A stretch of 64,000 nucleotides of DNA, from assembly GCA_963743995.1 (NCBI GenBank), contig CAVUSC010000001.1, positions 3,355-67,354 of the forward strand, read 5' to 3'. The stretch is from an uncultured Gammaproteobacteria bacterium. GTDB taxonomy: Bacteria > Pseudomonadota > Gammaproteobacteria > Steroidobacterales > Steroidobacteraceae. Each line of letters opens with the position of its first letter. Position 1 is the stretch's first letter. A program made the position numbers and the translations under genes. This document shows positions 1 to 11,097 of the stretch, piece by piece. A model generated the notes under the pieces. That model had not been told where the DNA came from. It saw only the letters and a list, made by a program, of their open reading frames with translations, and did no database searches.

Positions 1-1
1 G

Positions 2-1234
2 GTCGGTCACGTTTATGGGCGCGAGGCCAGCGCACGCGTCGAACGCGCACGCGCCGAAGTCGCGGCGCTGGTGAACGCCGCGCCGGAGCAGATTCTCTTC
101 ACTTCGGGCGCGACGGAAGCGAACAACCTCGCGCTGCTCGGCGCCGCACGTTTCCACCGTAACCGGTCACGACACCTCATCACGTCGCGCACCGAACATC
201 CGGCGGTGCTCGACGCCTGCCGCCAGCTCGAACGCGAAGGGTGTGCCGTCACGTACCTGAAGCCCGGCCCGTCCGGCATCGTCGAAGTCGAGCAAGTGGC
301 GGAGGCACTGCGCCCGGACACGTTGCTGGTGTCCCTGATGCACGTGAACAACGAGATCGGCGTGATCAACGACATCGGCGCGGTCGGCCGCCTGTGCCGC
401 GAACGCGGCGTACTGTTCCACGTCGATGCGGCGCAGAGCGCGGGCAAGGTACCGATCGACGTGCGAGCCGATGCGATCGACCTGTTGTCGCTCACTGCGC
501 ACAAGCTCCACGGGCCCAAAGGCATCGGCGCGTTGTGCGTCCGGCGCGAGCCCCGCCTGGGACTGGTGCCGTTGCAGTTCGGCGGCGGGCAGGAGCGCGG
601 CCTGCGGTCCGGCACGTTGCCGACGCACCAGATCGTCGGGCTTGGCGCCGCGTACCGCGTCGCACGCGAAGTGATGAGCGTGGACATCCCCCGCATCGCA
701 GCGCTGCGTGAACGGCTCTGGAACGCGCTGGCCGCGATTCCGGGTGTCGAGCTGAATGGCGACCCGGTACGACGCGTGGCGGGCATCCTGAACGTCACGA
801 TCGACGGCGTGGAAGGCGAGACGTTGCTGCTTGCGCTCGCGGATCTTGCCGTGTCCTCCGGCTCCGCCTGCGCGAGCCTGCACGCCGAGCCTTCCTACGT
901 ACTGCGGTCCCTGGGACGCAGCGATCGACTGGCGCAAAGCTCATTGCGACTGAGCCTTGGGCGGTTTACGACGGCGGCTGAGGTGGAGCGTGGCGCAGCA
1001 CGAATTGGTGAGGAAATCGTCAGGCTCAGGGCCGGTGAGCCTCGCTGCGGTGCCATGCCCGAGATGGCGGACGACGCGAGGTACAACCCCGAGGTACGGC
1101 GCCGCCTGCATGCTTTGCCCGGCTGGGGCAACCTGCCGGATGCCAGGTCCGTCGCCAGGGGCCGCGCGGGCGACCGGGAGCAGGGCACCGAGGTCGAATT
1201 CGCGATCCGAAGTCGAGCAGGACCGGGTGGCTGA
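2..1234 (+). CDS. iscS: cysteine desulfurase, IscS/NifS family, 5-prime partial; frame runs on without a stop into an IscU-like segment
   Basis: In frame from the window edge (VGHVYGREASARVERARAEVAAL precedes the listed GTG). Motifs FTSGATEANN, SLTAHKLHGPKGIG (PLP lysine), SSGSACAS (catalytic Cys loop), SLGRFTT. Confidence 0.9.
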   Translation, partial: VGHVYGREASARVERARAEVAALVNAAPEQILFTSGATEANNLALLGAARFHRNRSRHLITSRTEHPAVLDACRQLEREGCAVTYLKPGPSGIVEVEQVAEALRPDTLLVSLMHVNNEIGVINDIGAVGRLCRERGVLFHVDAAQSAGKVPIDVRADAIDLLSLTAHKLHGPKGIGALCVRREPRLGLVPLQFGGGQERGLRSGTLPTHQIVGLGAAYRVAREVMSVDIPRIAALRERLWNALAAIPGVELNGDPVRRVAGILNVTIDGVEGETLLLALADLAVSSGSACASLHAEPSYVLRSLGRSDRLAQSSLRLSLGRFTTAAEVERGAARIGEEIVRLRAGEPRCGAMPEMADDARYNPEVRRRLHALPGWGNLPDARSVARGRAGDREQGTEVEFAIRSRAGPGG

Positions 1235-1460
1235 AATCTGCTTCCAGGCGTTTGGCTGTCCGCACCTGCTGGCCGCTGCTTCGTGGGTGACTGAAGCCGC
1301 GCGCGGGCTGAATCGCAGCCAGCTGGCCGGCTGGGACTGGCAGGAGGCCGCCCGGGTGCTGGAGGTGCCCGCGGCAAAATTCGGGCGTTTGCTCACGTTG
1401 CAGGACGCATTGCGCGCGGTTGCCCGGAACTGGCCGGGCGCGACCGAGTCTACGGTGTAG
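1055..1460 (+). pseudogene. IscU/NifU-N-like scaffold domain split over two reading frames
   Basis: MPEMADDARYNPEV..GTEVEFAIR (frame of iscS), then [46 protein letters not shown] (frame of ORF 957-1460), aligns along IscU. Frames switch near 1208-1212. Only the central IscU Cys is kept. Confidence 0.55.
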
Positions 1461-1499
1461 ACTTTTTCCCCGTCGCATTCCGCCAAGGAACACCGTTAC

Positions 1500-1823
1500 A
1501 TGTCGATTTCCCTGACTCCCACCGCCGCCGAGCGCGTCCGCACGTTCATGGCCAGCCGCGGCAAGGGCATCGGTTTGAGGCTCGGCGTGAAGCAGACGGG
1601 CTGCTCGGGCTTCGCCTACGTCGTCAGCTACGCCGATGTGCTCGATGCCAAGGACGTCGTCTTCGAGGTGTCCGACGTCAAGGTCGTCGTCGACGCCGAA
1701 AGCCTCAAGTACCTCGACGGCACCGAAATCGACTTCGTGCGCCAGGGGCTGAACGAAGCGTTCAAGTTCCGCAATCCAAACGTCAAGGGCGAGTGCGGCT
1801 GCGGCGAGAGCTTCAACGTCTAA
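1500..1823 (+). CDS. iscA: iron-sulfur cluster insertion protein, IscA/ErpA (HesB) family
   Basis: 107 aa. [15 protein letters not shown] and C-terminal GECGCGESF are the family Cys ligands. Sits directly after iscS. Confidence 0.9.
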   Translation: MSISLTPTAAERVRTFMASRGKGIGLRLGVKQTGCSGFAYVVSYADVLDAKDVVFEVSDVKVVVDAESLKYLDGTEIDFVRQGLNEAFKFRNPNVKGECGCGESFNV

Positions 1824-1846
1824 CTGCCCGTCCGGGCTATGTTTTC

Positions 1847-1875
1847 TTGGCCGGCGGGTGCCGTCCGGGTATACT
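1847..1875 (+). promoter_or_regulatory. candidate sigma70 promoter upstream of ndk
   Basis: TTGGCC (1847-1852), 17-nt spacer, TATACT (1870-1875). Sequence match only. Confidence 0.3.
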
Positions 1876-1908
1876 GAAGCGTTACGTTTTCAGGTTGGCC
1901 CCGTCCGG

Positions 1909-1937
1909 ACCCGCGCTTGCGCGGGTTTCAGGTTTTT
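1909..1937 (+). terminator. stem-loop with T-rich tail between iscA and ndk (terminator or leader attenuator)
   Basis: ACCCGCG-CTTG-CGCGGGT followed by TTCAGGTTTTT. Confidence 0.4.
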
Positions 1938-1996
1938 GGGGCCCGTTCGTCACAGTCGGCAGGCTGGCCTGCCGGGCAATCATTCCAAGGATCCGT

Positions 1997-2422
1997 ATGT
2001 CCCTCGAACGCACGCTTTCCATCGTCAAGCCGGACGGTGTCCGCAAGAACGTCATTGGCGACGTCTACCATCGCTTTGAAAAGGCGGGACTGCGCATCGT
2101 CGCGGCCCGCATGATGCAGCTGACGCAGGCCCAGGCCGAAGCGTTCTACGGCATCCATCGCGAGCGCCCGTTCTTCAAGGACCTGGTCTCGTACATGATT
2201 TCCGGTCCGGTCATCGTGCAGGTACTCGAAGGTGAAGGCGCCGTCGGCAAGAACCGCGACGTGATGGGCGCGACCGATCCGAAGAAGGCAACGCCGGGCA
2301 CGATCCGCGCCGACCTCGCCGACAGCATCGAGCAGAACGTCGTGCACGGTTCGGACAGCGCTGAGAACGCCGCGCGTGAAATCGCGTTCTTCTTCTCCGA
2401 GACGGAGCTCTGCCCGCGCTGA
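1997..2422 (+). CDS. ndk: nucleoside diphosphate kinase
   Basis: [15 protein letters not shown].., NVVHGSDS active-site His motif, 141 aa. ATG at 1997 lies inside the longer listed ORF. Confidence 0.95.
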   Translation: MSLERTLSIVKPDGVRKNVIGDVYHRFEKAGLRIVAARMMQLTQAQAEAFYGIHRERPFFKDLVSYMISGPVIVQVLEGEGAVGKNRDVMGATDPKKATPGTIRADLADSIEQNVVHGSDSAENAAREIAFFFSETELCPR

Positions 2423-2526
2423 GGGGGCGCGGTCCACCAGGAACCCATGGGCGAAGCAACGAAATCGACGGCACGCACCAACCTGCTCGGGCTCACCCGG
2501 GCGGGCTGGAAGCGTTCGTCGTCGAG

Positions 2527-3566
<1,040 letters not shown>

Positions 3567-3567
<1 letters not shown>

Positions 3568-4343
3568 TGCGCCTGCCCTCACGCTTCGCCCTGGTCGCCG
3601 CTGGCGTGCTCGCCTGCGCAGCGATGGGTTGCGCCGTGGCGGCCGCGCCCGGCAGTCGCGAGGCGATCGACGAGGCCGGCGCCGTCAACGCCGAACTCGC
3701 GCTCGCCTACATGCGCGAAGGCAATCTCAAGGCCGCGCGCGAAAAGATCGACAAGGCCTTGCAGCAGAACGGGCGCACCGCCAATACGCAGATGGCCGCG
3801 GGCTTCATCTACGACAAGCTCGGCGACAAGAAGAAGGCCATGTCGCACTTCGAGCAGGCCGTGAAGCTCGGCGGCAAGGACAACCCCGACGTCGTCGCGA
3901 ACGCCGCCGTGTACTTCTGCATGAACGGCGAGCCGAAGCGCGGTGAGCAGTACATGCTGCAGGCCGCTGCGAGTCCGCTCAACGCGCGCCCCGACGTGGC
4001 GTACGCCAATGCCGGCCGGTGCGCCCGTGGCGACGGGCGCGCGAAAGACGCGGAACAGAACTTCCGCAAGGCGCTGGCGCTCAACCCGAAGCAGCCGGAA
4101 GCGCTGATGCAGATGGCGGAGCTCGCCCAGGCAGGTGGCAATGGGTTGCAGGCGCGCGCCTTCCTCGAGCGCTACACCGCCGTTGCGCCCGTGACGGCTG
4201 GGACGCTCTGGCTCGGCCGCAACATCGAGCTTGGCATGGGCGATGCCACGCAGGCTGCACGGTACGCGCAACGGCTCAAGAACGAGTTCCCCTCGTCCGA
4301 GGAGGCCGCACTGCTCTTCGAGGCGGAACGGACGAAGCCATGA
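3567..4343 (+). CDS. pilW: TPR lipoprotein, type IV pilus biogenesis/stability protein PilW (PilF)
   Basis: Signal peptide with Cys lipobox (AAMGC) and TPR repeats. Conserved position between rlmN and rodZ. ATG overlaps the rlmN stop (ATGA-type junction). Confidence 0.75.
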
Positions 4344-5182
4344 GTCCGTCCGACGCCGAGATTACCGAGCTCCCGTCGAGCCCGGGCGCACGCCTGCGGC
4401 GCGAGCGAGAAGCGCAGGGGATCGGTCACCAGCAGGCCGCGGAATCGCTGAACCTCGATCCTTTCGTGCTCACCGCCCTCGAGGCGAATGACTTTGCGGC
4501 GCTCGGCGCGCCGGTCTTCGTCAAGGGTCACCTGCGTCGTTACGCCACGCTGCTCGGGCTCGCGGAGGACGAGGTACTGTTGATGTACGACCGCTCGAAG
4601 CAGCAACTCGGCGAGCCGTCGCTAGTGCCGAAGTCGCGGCTCGAAATGGCTCCCGTGCGCGGCAAGCCGCGCTGGCCGTGGGTGGTCGGTGGCGCGCTGG
4701 CGTTCTTCATCGCCGCGGGCCTGATCGCGTACCTTTCCGAACACGGCTTGCCGTGGGTCGGGCCGGCCGCGGACGAGGCAACGGCACCGATCCTGCAGGA
4801 AGTACCTGCCACGACCAGTCAGGCTCCGGCGGCGACGTCCGAATCATCGGTCAGCGGATCGACAACCGACTCGACACCCGCGACTGCGGCGGATGCACCG
4901 GCAGCCTTGGCCCTGCAACCCGGCCAGGTCAGCCTGCAACTGAAGTTCGCTGCCGATTCCTGGGTCGAGGTCTTCGATGGATCGGGCAAGGCGGTGCTCT
5001 ACGATCTCGGCAAGGCCGGGACCGAGCGCACGCTCACGGCAGCGGCGCCCTTGAGCGTCACCATCGGCAATGCTGCGTCCGTGACCGTCGCGGTCAATGG
5101 CCGCACGCTGCGGTCCCTGCCGCGAGCGGAAGGGCAGGCGCTGGCGCGTTTCGGCATCGGTCCGGATGGGTCGCTGCGTTGA
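4340..5182 (+). CDS. rodZ: cytoskeleton protein RodZ (HTH + TM + C-terminal beta domain)
   Basis: [33 protein letters not shown] (XRE HTH), one TM segment, Pro/Ala/Thr linker, C-terminal [19 protein letters not shown] domain. ATG 4340 overlaps the pilW stop. Confidence 0.8.
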   Translation: MSPSDAEITELPSSPGARLRREREAQGIGHQQAAESLNLDPFVLTALEANDFAALGAPVFVKGHLRRYATLLGLAEDEVLLMYDRSKQQLGEPSLVPKSRLEMAPVRGKPRWPWVVGGALAFFIAAGLIAYLSEHGLPWVGPAADEATAPILQEVPATTSQAPAATSESSVSGSTTDSTPATAADAPAALALQPGQVSLQLKFAADSWVEVFDGSGKAVLYDLGKAGTERTLTAAAPLSVTIGNAASVTVAVNGRTLRSLPRAEGQALARFGIGPDGSLR

Positions 5183-5198
5183 ACACGGTCCCTGTACG

Positions 5199-6485
5199 AT
5201 GAGCGAAATCCTGCAGGCCGTCCGTGGCATGAACGACGTGCTGCCCGACCAGGCGGCGGCGTGGCACACACTCGAACGGGTGGCCCGCGAAGTATTCGCG
5301 CAGTACGGTTACCGCGAAATCCGGCTGCCCCTGCTCGAACGCACGGAACTCTTCAAGCGCTCGATCGGCGAGTTCACCGACATCGTCGAGAAGGAGATGT
5401 ACACGTTCCGGGACCGTGGCGACGAATCACTCACGCTGCGGCCTGAAGCGACGGCGGGCATCGTCCGGGCCTGCATCTCGAACGGCCTGCTCCACAACCA
5501 GCGCCAGAAGGTCTGGCTGATGGGCCCGATGTTCCGCTACGAACGGCCGCAGAAAGGGCGCTATCGCCAGTTCCACCAGATCGACGTCGAAGCGCTTGGT
5601 TTCCCGGGCCCGGACGTCGACATCGAGCTGATCCTCATGACGGCCCGGCTGTGGCGTGTGCTCGGGCTGCGCGGGCTCAAGCTCAACCTCAATTCGCTCG
5701 GCACGCCGGCGTCGCGGGCCGTTTATCGGGCCAAGCTGCTGGACTATTTCGGGCTGCATCGCGACGAGCTCGATGCCGACAGCGTGCGCCGGCTCGAAGG
5801 CAATCCGCTGCGCATCCTCGACAGCAAGAACCCGGCGATGACCGCAATGATCGCGGGGGCGCCCGCGATCACCGATCACCTCGATCCGGAGTCGGCGGCA
5901 CATTTCGCTACGCTCTGTTCGCAGCTCACGGCGGCTGGCGTGGAATTCGTCGTCAATCCACGCCTGGTGCGCGGGCTCGACTACTATTCGCGCACCGTGT
6001 TCGAGTGGGTCACGACGGACCTCGGCTCGCAGGACGCAGTCTGTTCGGGCGGCCGGTACGACGGCCTGGTCGCGCAGCTGGGTGGCGAACCGGTTCCGGC
6101 CATCGGCTGGGCGCTCGGCGAGGAGCGCATCGTCGAGCTGATGCGGCTGCAGGGGCTCGCGCAGGATTCAGGCAGCCCGGACGTCTACCTGGTACTGGCT
6201 GGTACCGCGGCGGAAGCGGCGGGCCTCGGGCTCGCCGAGCGTATTCGCGATGGCGCATCCGGCGTGCGAGTCGAGTCCAACTGTGGCGGCGGCAGCTTCA
6301 AGTCGCAGCTGAAGCGCGCAGACAAGAGCGGCGCCCGCATCGCGGTCATCGTCGGTGACGACGAAGTGGAGCGACGGGTGGCCGCGGTCAAGTCACTGCG
6401 AGGCAGCCAGGCCGTGCAGCGCGAGGTTTCTTTCGATGAGCTAGCAGCGGAACTCGACCGGGAACTGCAGGCGAAGCCGGCATAA
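5199..6485 (+). CDS. hisS: histidine--tRNA ligase
   Basis: [32 protein letters not shown] (class II motif 2), GGGRYDGL. ATG at 5199 lies inside the longer ORF. Confidence 0.95.
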   Translation: MSEILQAVRGMNDVLPDQAAAWHTLERVAREVFAQYGYREIRLPLLERTELFKRSIGEFTDIVEKEMYTFRDRGDESLTLRPEATAGIVRACISNGLLHNQRQKVWLMGPMFRYERPQKGRYRQFHQIDVEALGFPGPDVDIELILMTARLWRVLGLRGLKLNLNSLGTPASRAVYRAKLLDYFGLHRDELDADSVRRLEGNPLRILDSKNPAMTAMIAGAPAITDHLDPESAAHFATLCSQLTAAGVEFVVNPRLVRGLDYYSRTVFEWVTTDLGSQDAVCSGGRYDGLVAQLGGEPVPAIGWALGEERIVELMRLQGLAQDSGSPDVYLVLAGTAAEAAGLGLAERIRDGASGVRVESNCGGGSFKSQLKRADKSGARIAVIVGDDEVERRVAAVKSLRGSQAVQREVSFDELAAELDRELQAKPA

Positions 6486-6520
6486 TCACAGCGAGCCGTC
6501 CCGGCGGGACGGCAGATGGA

Positions 6521-7249
6521 GTGGGTGAAGTGGAAGACCTCTCAGACAACGAACGCGAAGAACAACTGCGGCGCTTCTGGGCCGAGAACTGGCTCTGGAT
6601 CGCCGGTGGCATCGCCCTCGGGCTCGGCGGCCTGGCGGGCTGGCAGTACTGGCAGAAATCGAAGCTCAATGCGTCGGAACGCGACGAGGCGTCTTACATC
6701 GCCGTGCTCGACGCCCTTGGCAAGAGCGACAAGGAGACCGCGGCCAAGACCGCGGGCGACCTGCGCGGACTGCACCCGAAGTCGCCGTATGCGGATCAGG
6801 CCGATCTCGCGCTCGCGCGTTTCGCCGTGGACACCCGCGACCTGGATGAGGCTGCGAAGCGCCTGCGCACGGTGGCCGAGTCGTCGCGCGACCCCGAGCT
6901 GCGGCTGATCGCGCAGTCGCGCCTCGCTCGCGTGCTTTCCGAACAGGGCAAGCACGACGATGCTCTCAAGCTGCTGGACGTTGCGAAGGCCGGTTCGTTT
7001 ACGCCGGTCTTCCACGAAATCCGCGGCGACGTGCTCGCGGCAAAGGGTGATGCTGCGGCTGCGCGCCAGGCTTACGATGCCGCGCTCGCGGCGACCACCT
7101 CGGTCCAGGGCCAGGCGTTCGATCGTGAATTCGTGGAACTGAAGCGCGATTCACTGCCCGCGGCGGCGACCGTGGCGGGTGCGCCAGCCACGACGCCAGC
7201 GCCGACACCGGCAGCGGCGGCTGCCCCGGCGCAAGGCGGCCAGCCATGA
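6521..7249 (+). CDS. yfgM: YfgM-family membrane-anchored TPR-like protein
   Basis: N-terminal acidic stretch, single TM (WLWIAGGIALGLGGLAGW), helical TPR-like body. Conserved slot between hisS and bamB. Confidence 0.7.
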   Translation: MGEVEDLSDNEREEQLRRFWAENWLWIAGGIALGLGGLAGWQYWQKSKLNASERDEASYIAVLDALGKSDKETAAKTAGDLRGLHPKSPYADQADLALARFAVDTRDLDEAAKRLRTVAESSRDPELRLIAQSRLARVLSEQGKHDDALKLLDVAKAGSFTPVFHEIRGDVLAAKGDAAAARQAYDAALAATTSVQGQAFDREFVELKRDSLPAAATVAGAPATTPAPTPAAAAAPAQGGQP

Positions 7250-8418
7250 CGCTTCGCCGTCCGTCACTGCTGGCGGCCGCCTGCGTGACGAGCCTGCTGG
7301 TCCTGGTCGCCGGGTGCGACAAGGACAAGAAGGGCGTAGAACCGCCCGCCGAGCTGGTGGACCTGAAGCCGACGCTCGCGGTCCAGAAGCTCTGGGACAC
7401 GGGTGTCGGCGGCGGTGGTGAAAAGCTGCGCCTGGCGCTTGGTCTCGTGCTCGACCGTGGCGTGCTTTTCACGGCCGCGCGTGACGGCAAGGTCGTTGCG
7501 CTCGATCCGGCGTCGGGTCGTGAGAAATGGTCGCAGGACACGAAAGCCGACCTGGCCGCCGGTCCCGGTGTAGGCGCGAATGTCGTCGCGGTCGGCACGA
7601 GCGACGGCAAGGTGATCGCACTCGACGTCGCCTCCGGCAAGGTCCTGTGGAAGTCCTCGGTCAGCAGCGAGGTGCTGGCTGCCCCTCTCGTCACCGGTGA
7701 TCGCGTGATCGTGCGCTCGGTCGACGGCCGCGTGCACTCGCTCGACGCCCTGACGGGCAAGTCGCAGTGGACCGGCGAAGAGCCGGTGCCGAAGCTGTCG
7801 TTGCGCGGCACCGCGCCGCCGGTGCTGGCGAAGGACAACGTCGTCGCCGGCTTCGACTCGGGCAAGGTCGTCGCGTTCGCGCTCGGCTCGGGCGATGTCA
7901 CCTGGCAGGCGCAGATCACCACGCCGAGCGGCCGCTCGGAACTCGACCGACTTGCCGACGTGGACAGCGCCGTCCAGGTCGATGGCAATGACGGTTTTGC
8001 CGCGGGCTATCAGGGCCGTGTCGTCATGCTGGCGCTCGACTCCGGGCAGGTCTGGTGGAGCCGCGACCTTTCCAGTTATCGCGCACCCGCGCTCGACGAC
8101 ACGCAACTCTATGTCGCCACGTCCGACGGCAGCGTCGTAGCGCTGCGCCGCCGTGACGGCGCGGTGGTCTGGCAGCAGGACGGCCTCAAGCGCCGTGGCT
8201 TGAGTGCGCCCGCCGTCGTGGGCAGTGCGGTGATCGTCGGCGACTTCGACGGCTACCTGCACTGGCTCGACCGGGACTCGGGCAAGTTCATCGCCCGTGA
8301 GCGCCCGGGGAACGAACGCATCAGCATGCCTCCGGTCACGGACGGCGATCGCGCCTTCGTGATCGACAACGGCGGCCGCATCGTCGCGTTTCGCAGCGGC
8401 GCGTCCGCGGGTCGTTGA
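7246..8418 (+). CDS. bamB: outer membrane protein assembly factor BamB
   Basis: Lipobox LVAGC. Repeated PQQ-like propeller blades (DGKVVALD, DGKVIALD, DGRVHSLD, DGSVVALR, GGRIVAF). Confidence 0.9.
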   Translation: MTLRRPSLLAAACVTSLLVLVAGCDKDKKGVEPPAELVDLKPTLAVQKLWDTGVGGGGEKLRLALGLVLDRGVLFTAARDGKVVALDPASGREKWSQDTKADLAAGPGVGANVVAVGTSDGKVIALDVASGKVLWKSSVSSEVLAAPLVTGDRVIVRSVDGRVHSLDALTGKSQWTGEEPVPKLSLRGTAPPVLAKDNVVAGFDSGKVVAFALGSGDVTWQAQITTPSGRSELDRLADVDSAVQVDGNDGFAAGYQGRVVMLALDSGQVWWSRDLSSYRAPALDDTQLYVATSDGSVVALRRRDGAVVWQQDGLKRRGLSAPAVVGSAVIVGDFDGYLHWLDRDSGKFIARERPGNERISMPPVTDGDRAFVIDNGGRIVAFRSGASAGR

Positions 8419-8419
8419 T

Positions 8420-9838
8420 GTGCTGCCAGTCCTCGCCCTGGTCGGGCGTCCGAACGTCGGCAAGTCGACGCTCTTCAACGCGCTGACGCGCACGCGCGAC
8501 GCGCTTGTCGCCGACGTCCCTGGCCTGACCCGCGACCGCAAGTACGGCTATGCCCGCCACGACGGCCGCTCGTGTGTCGTCATCGACACGGGCGGACTCG
8601 TCGAGTCCATCGTTGGCGGGATCGAACGGCTGATGGCCGAGCAAACGCTGAAGGCGGTCGAAGAGGCTGACCGGGTCCTGTTCGTCGTCGACTCCCGCCA
8701 GGGCTGCACACCGCAGGACCTGCACGTGGCGGACCTGCTGCGCCGCAGCGGCAAGCCCGTCCTGGTCGTCGCCAACAAGGCTGAAGGCCTCGACGACGAC
8801 ATGGCGCAGGCGGAGTTCCATCGCTTCGGTTGCGGCGAGCCGATCGCCATTTCGTCTGCGCACAAGCAGGGCCTCGACGCACTGATCGAGCGCGCGCTCG
8901 ACGGTCTCGAAGGCGCCCTCGATGCGCCCGACGTGCTTGGGTACACCGCGGGCACGATCCGTGTCGCCGTGGTCGGCCGCCCTAACGTCGGCAAGTCGAC
9001 GCTGATCAACCGCTTGCTCGGCGAAGATCGGTTGATCGCCTTCGACCAGCCCGGCACCACGCGCGATACGGTCGAAGTCCCGTTCGAGCGCGACGGCCTG
9101 CCGTACGTGCTGATCGACACCGCGGGCGTGCGCCGCAAGTCCAAGGTCAACGAGACCGTCGAGAAGTTCAGCGTCGTGAAGACGCTGCAGGCCATCGACC
9201 GTGCGAATGTCGTGATCGGCGTACTCGACGCGCACGATACCGTTGCCGAGCAGGACGCCAGCCTGATGGGTCTCGTCGCGGAGCAGGGCCGGGCGCTCGT
9301 CATCGCGATCAACAAGTGGGACGGCATCCCGCAGGACCAGCGCGACGCGATCCGCGACGGGCTCGACCTGCGCTTCGACTTCCTGCGGTTCGCTTACGTG
9401 CACTTCATCTCGGCGCGGCACGGTACCGGTGTCGGCGAAATGATGGAGTCCGTGCTCAAGGCCTATCGCGCCGCAATGAAAGAGCTGCCGACCAAGGACC
9501 TCACGCGGGCCCTCGAGCAGGCGCTTACGATCCACCAGCCGCCGCTGGTACGGGGCCGGCGCATCAAGTTGCGCTATGCCCACCAGGGTGGTCGCAACCC
9601 ACCGGTCGTGGTCATCCACGGCAACCAGACCCAGCACGTGCCGGACTCCTACCGCCGGTTTCTCGAGAATCATTTCCGGGAGACGTTCCGGCTCAAGGGC
9701 ACGCCGATGCGGGTCGAGTTCCGGACCGACGAGAACCCGTTCAAGGGCCGTCGCAACGAACTGACCCCCCGCCAGGTCCGCAGCAAGAAGCGCCTGATTT
9801 CGCGCTCCCGCGGCGGCAAGAAGGTCGGCAAGCGCTGA
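8420..9838 (+). CDS. der: ribosome biogenesis GTPase Der (EngA)
   Basis: Two GTPase domains, each with GRPNVGKST, DTGG/DTAG and NKAE/NKWD, plus a KH-like C-terminus. GTG start right after the bamB stop. Confidence 0.95.
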   Translation: MLPVLALVGRPNVGKSTLFNALTRTRDALVADVPGLTRDRKYGYARHDGRSCVVIDTGGLVESIVGGIERLMAEQTLKAVEEADRVLFVVDSRQGCTPQDLHVADLLRRSGKPVLVVANKAEGLDDDMAQAEFHRFGCGEPIAISSAHKQGLDALIERALDGLEGALDAPDVLGYTAGTIRVAVVGRPNVGKSTLINRLLGEDRLIAFDQPGTTRDTVEVPFERDGLPYVLIDTAGVRRKSKVNETVEKFSVVKTLQAIDRANVVIGVLDAHDTVAEQDASLMGLVAEQGRALVIAINKWDGIPQDQRDAIRDGLDLRFDFLRFAYVHFISARHGTGVGEMMESVLKAYRAAMKELPTKDLTRALEQALTIHQPPLVRGRRIKLRYAHQGGRNPPVVVIHGNQTQHVPDSYRRFLENHFRETFRLKGTPMRVEFRTDENPFKGRRNELTPRQVRSKKRLISRSRGGKKVGKR

Positions 9839-9934
9839 CAGACCGGCCTGCGGCGCGGAGGACTAATAACCGACGGTTCTGACCGGCTATCCTCTCAAGC
9901 TAGTGGCCCAACGGGCCGGGTCTAGACTGGACTC

Positions 9935-11083
9935 ATGCTCATGGCCGTCGCCCGCACATCGCCCACCGCCGCCCACGACCTGCCGGCCACCCGGCTGGCC
10001 CTGCTGGACGAGCCGCTGCGCCTGTATCGTGGCGGAGTGATCGAGCACCCCGTCATCGCGTATGAGACCTGGGGCACGCTGAACGCGGCGCGCGACAATA
10101 CGGTGCTGTTGTTCACCGGTCTGTCGCCCTCGGCTCACGCGGCGTCCTCACCGGCCGATCCCAAGCCCGGCTGGTGGGAATCGATGATCGGCATCGGCAA
10201 ACCGATCGACACCCACAGGTTCCATGTCGTCTGCATCAACTCGATCGGCAGTCCTTACGGGTCATCGAGCCCGGCCTCGATCGACGCGCGCACGGGCCGG
10301 CCGTTCGGGATCACGTTCCCGGAAGTCGCGCTCGAGGACGTCGCGCGCGGCGGCTTCGAGGTATTGCGCGAACTTGGCATCGAGACCGTCGCCTGCGTTG
10401 CCGGGCCCTCCATGGGGGGCATGACCGTGCTCGCATTCGTGGCGCTGTTTCCCGGCGTCGCCCGGAACGTTCTCTCGATCTCGGGCGCCGCTGCGGCCAA
10501 CCCGTTCGCCATCGCGCTGCGTTCGCTGCAGCGTGAAATCGTGCGCAACGATCCGGCCTGGCGAGGCGGCAGTTACGAGGCCGGCCGTGGCCCGCGGCAG
10601 GGGATGCGCATGGCGCGCAAGCTCGGCACGATCACCTACCGTTCGCACGAGGAATGGGACCAGCGCTTTGGTCGCCGGCGCGTCGCCGAGACCGCAGGGC
10701 AGCCCGGCGATTTCAGGGCGCAGTTCGAGGTCGAGTCCTACCTGGAGCACCAGGGGCAGCGGTTTGCCGAGGTCTTCGACGCCAATTGCTACCTCTATCT
10801 CTCCCGTGCCATGGACCAGTTCGACCTGGCTGAACACGGCGCGGGTTCAGTCGCCGCAGCGTTCGCGAAGTTCAGCGGCGTGCAGCGGACGCTGGTGCTC
10901 GGAGCGCAGACGGACATGCTCTACACGATCGACCAGCAGGTGCTGATCGCCGAGCATTTGCGCAAGACAGGCGTCGACGTCGAATTCCACGCGTTCCCTT
11001 CGCCACAGGGTCACGACGCATTCCTGGTGGACGGCGATCGTTTCGAGCCGGCGATCGCTGAGTTTCTGTCGAAACTCAGCTGA
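9935..11083 (+). CDS. metX: homoserine O-acyltransferase, MetX family (alpha/beta hydrolase)
   Basis: YETWGTLNAARDNTVLLFTGLS, nucleophile elbow GPSMGGM, C-terminal GHDAFL. Confidence 0.85.
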   Translation: MLMAVARTSPTAAHDLPATRLALLDEPLRLYRGGVIEHPVIAYETWGTLNAARDNTVLLFTGLSPSAHAASSPADPKPGWWESMIGIGKPIDTHRFHVVCINSIGSPYGSSSPASIDARTGRPFGITFPEVALEDVARGGFEVLRELGIETVACVAGPSMGGMTVLAFVALFPGVARNVLSISGAAAANPFAIALRSLQREIVRNDPAWRGGSYEAGRGPRQGMRMARKLGTITYRSHEEWDQRFGRRRVAETAGQPGDFRAQFEVESYLEHQGQRFAEVFDANCYLYLSRAMDQFDLAEHGAGSVAAAFAKFSGVQRTLVLGAQTDMLYTIDQQVLIAEHLRKTGVDVEFHAFPSPQGHDAFLVDGDRFEPAIAEFLSKLS

Positions 11084-11097
11084 AGGGATAGGGGTTA

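Noticed and set aside
13-798. Long ORFs antisense to, or out of frame with, well-supported genes. Examples: 13-798(-), 167-937(-), 2146-3582(-), 7264-8541(-), 8336-9673(-), 13278-15488(-), 29734-31635(+), 36985-38892(+), 42877-44979(-), 47612-48889(+), 52796-54331(-), 54512-55768(-).
   Set aside because: These are typical GC-rich shadow ORFs. Their translations are Arg/Ala/Pro/Gly-rich and low in complexity, with no motifs, and each lies entirely inside a gene with strong family signatures in another frame or strand.
5183-5198. Absence of ispG between rodZ and hisS, where it usually sits in this conserved block.
   Set aside because: Only 16 nt separate the genes and there is no scar or remnant. 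This is most likely a lineage-specific gene order with ispG elsewhere, not an anomaly in itself.
9839-9934. SAM-type riboswitch or leader upstream of metX.
   Set aside because: The region is too short and no recognisable conserved riboswitch motif or strong structure was seen.
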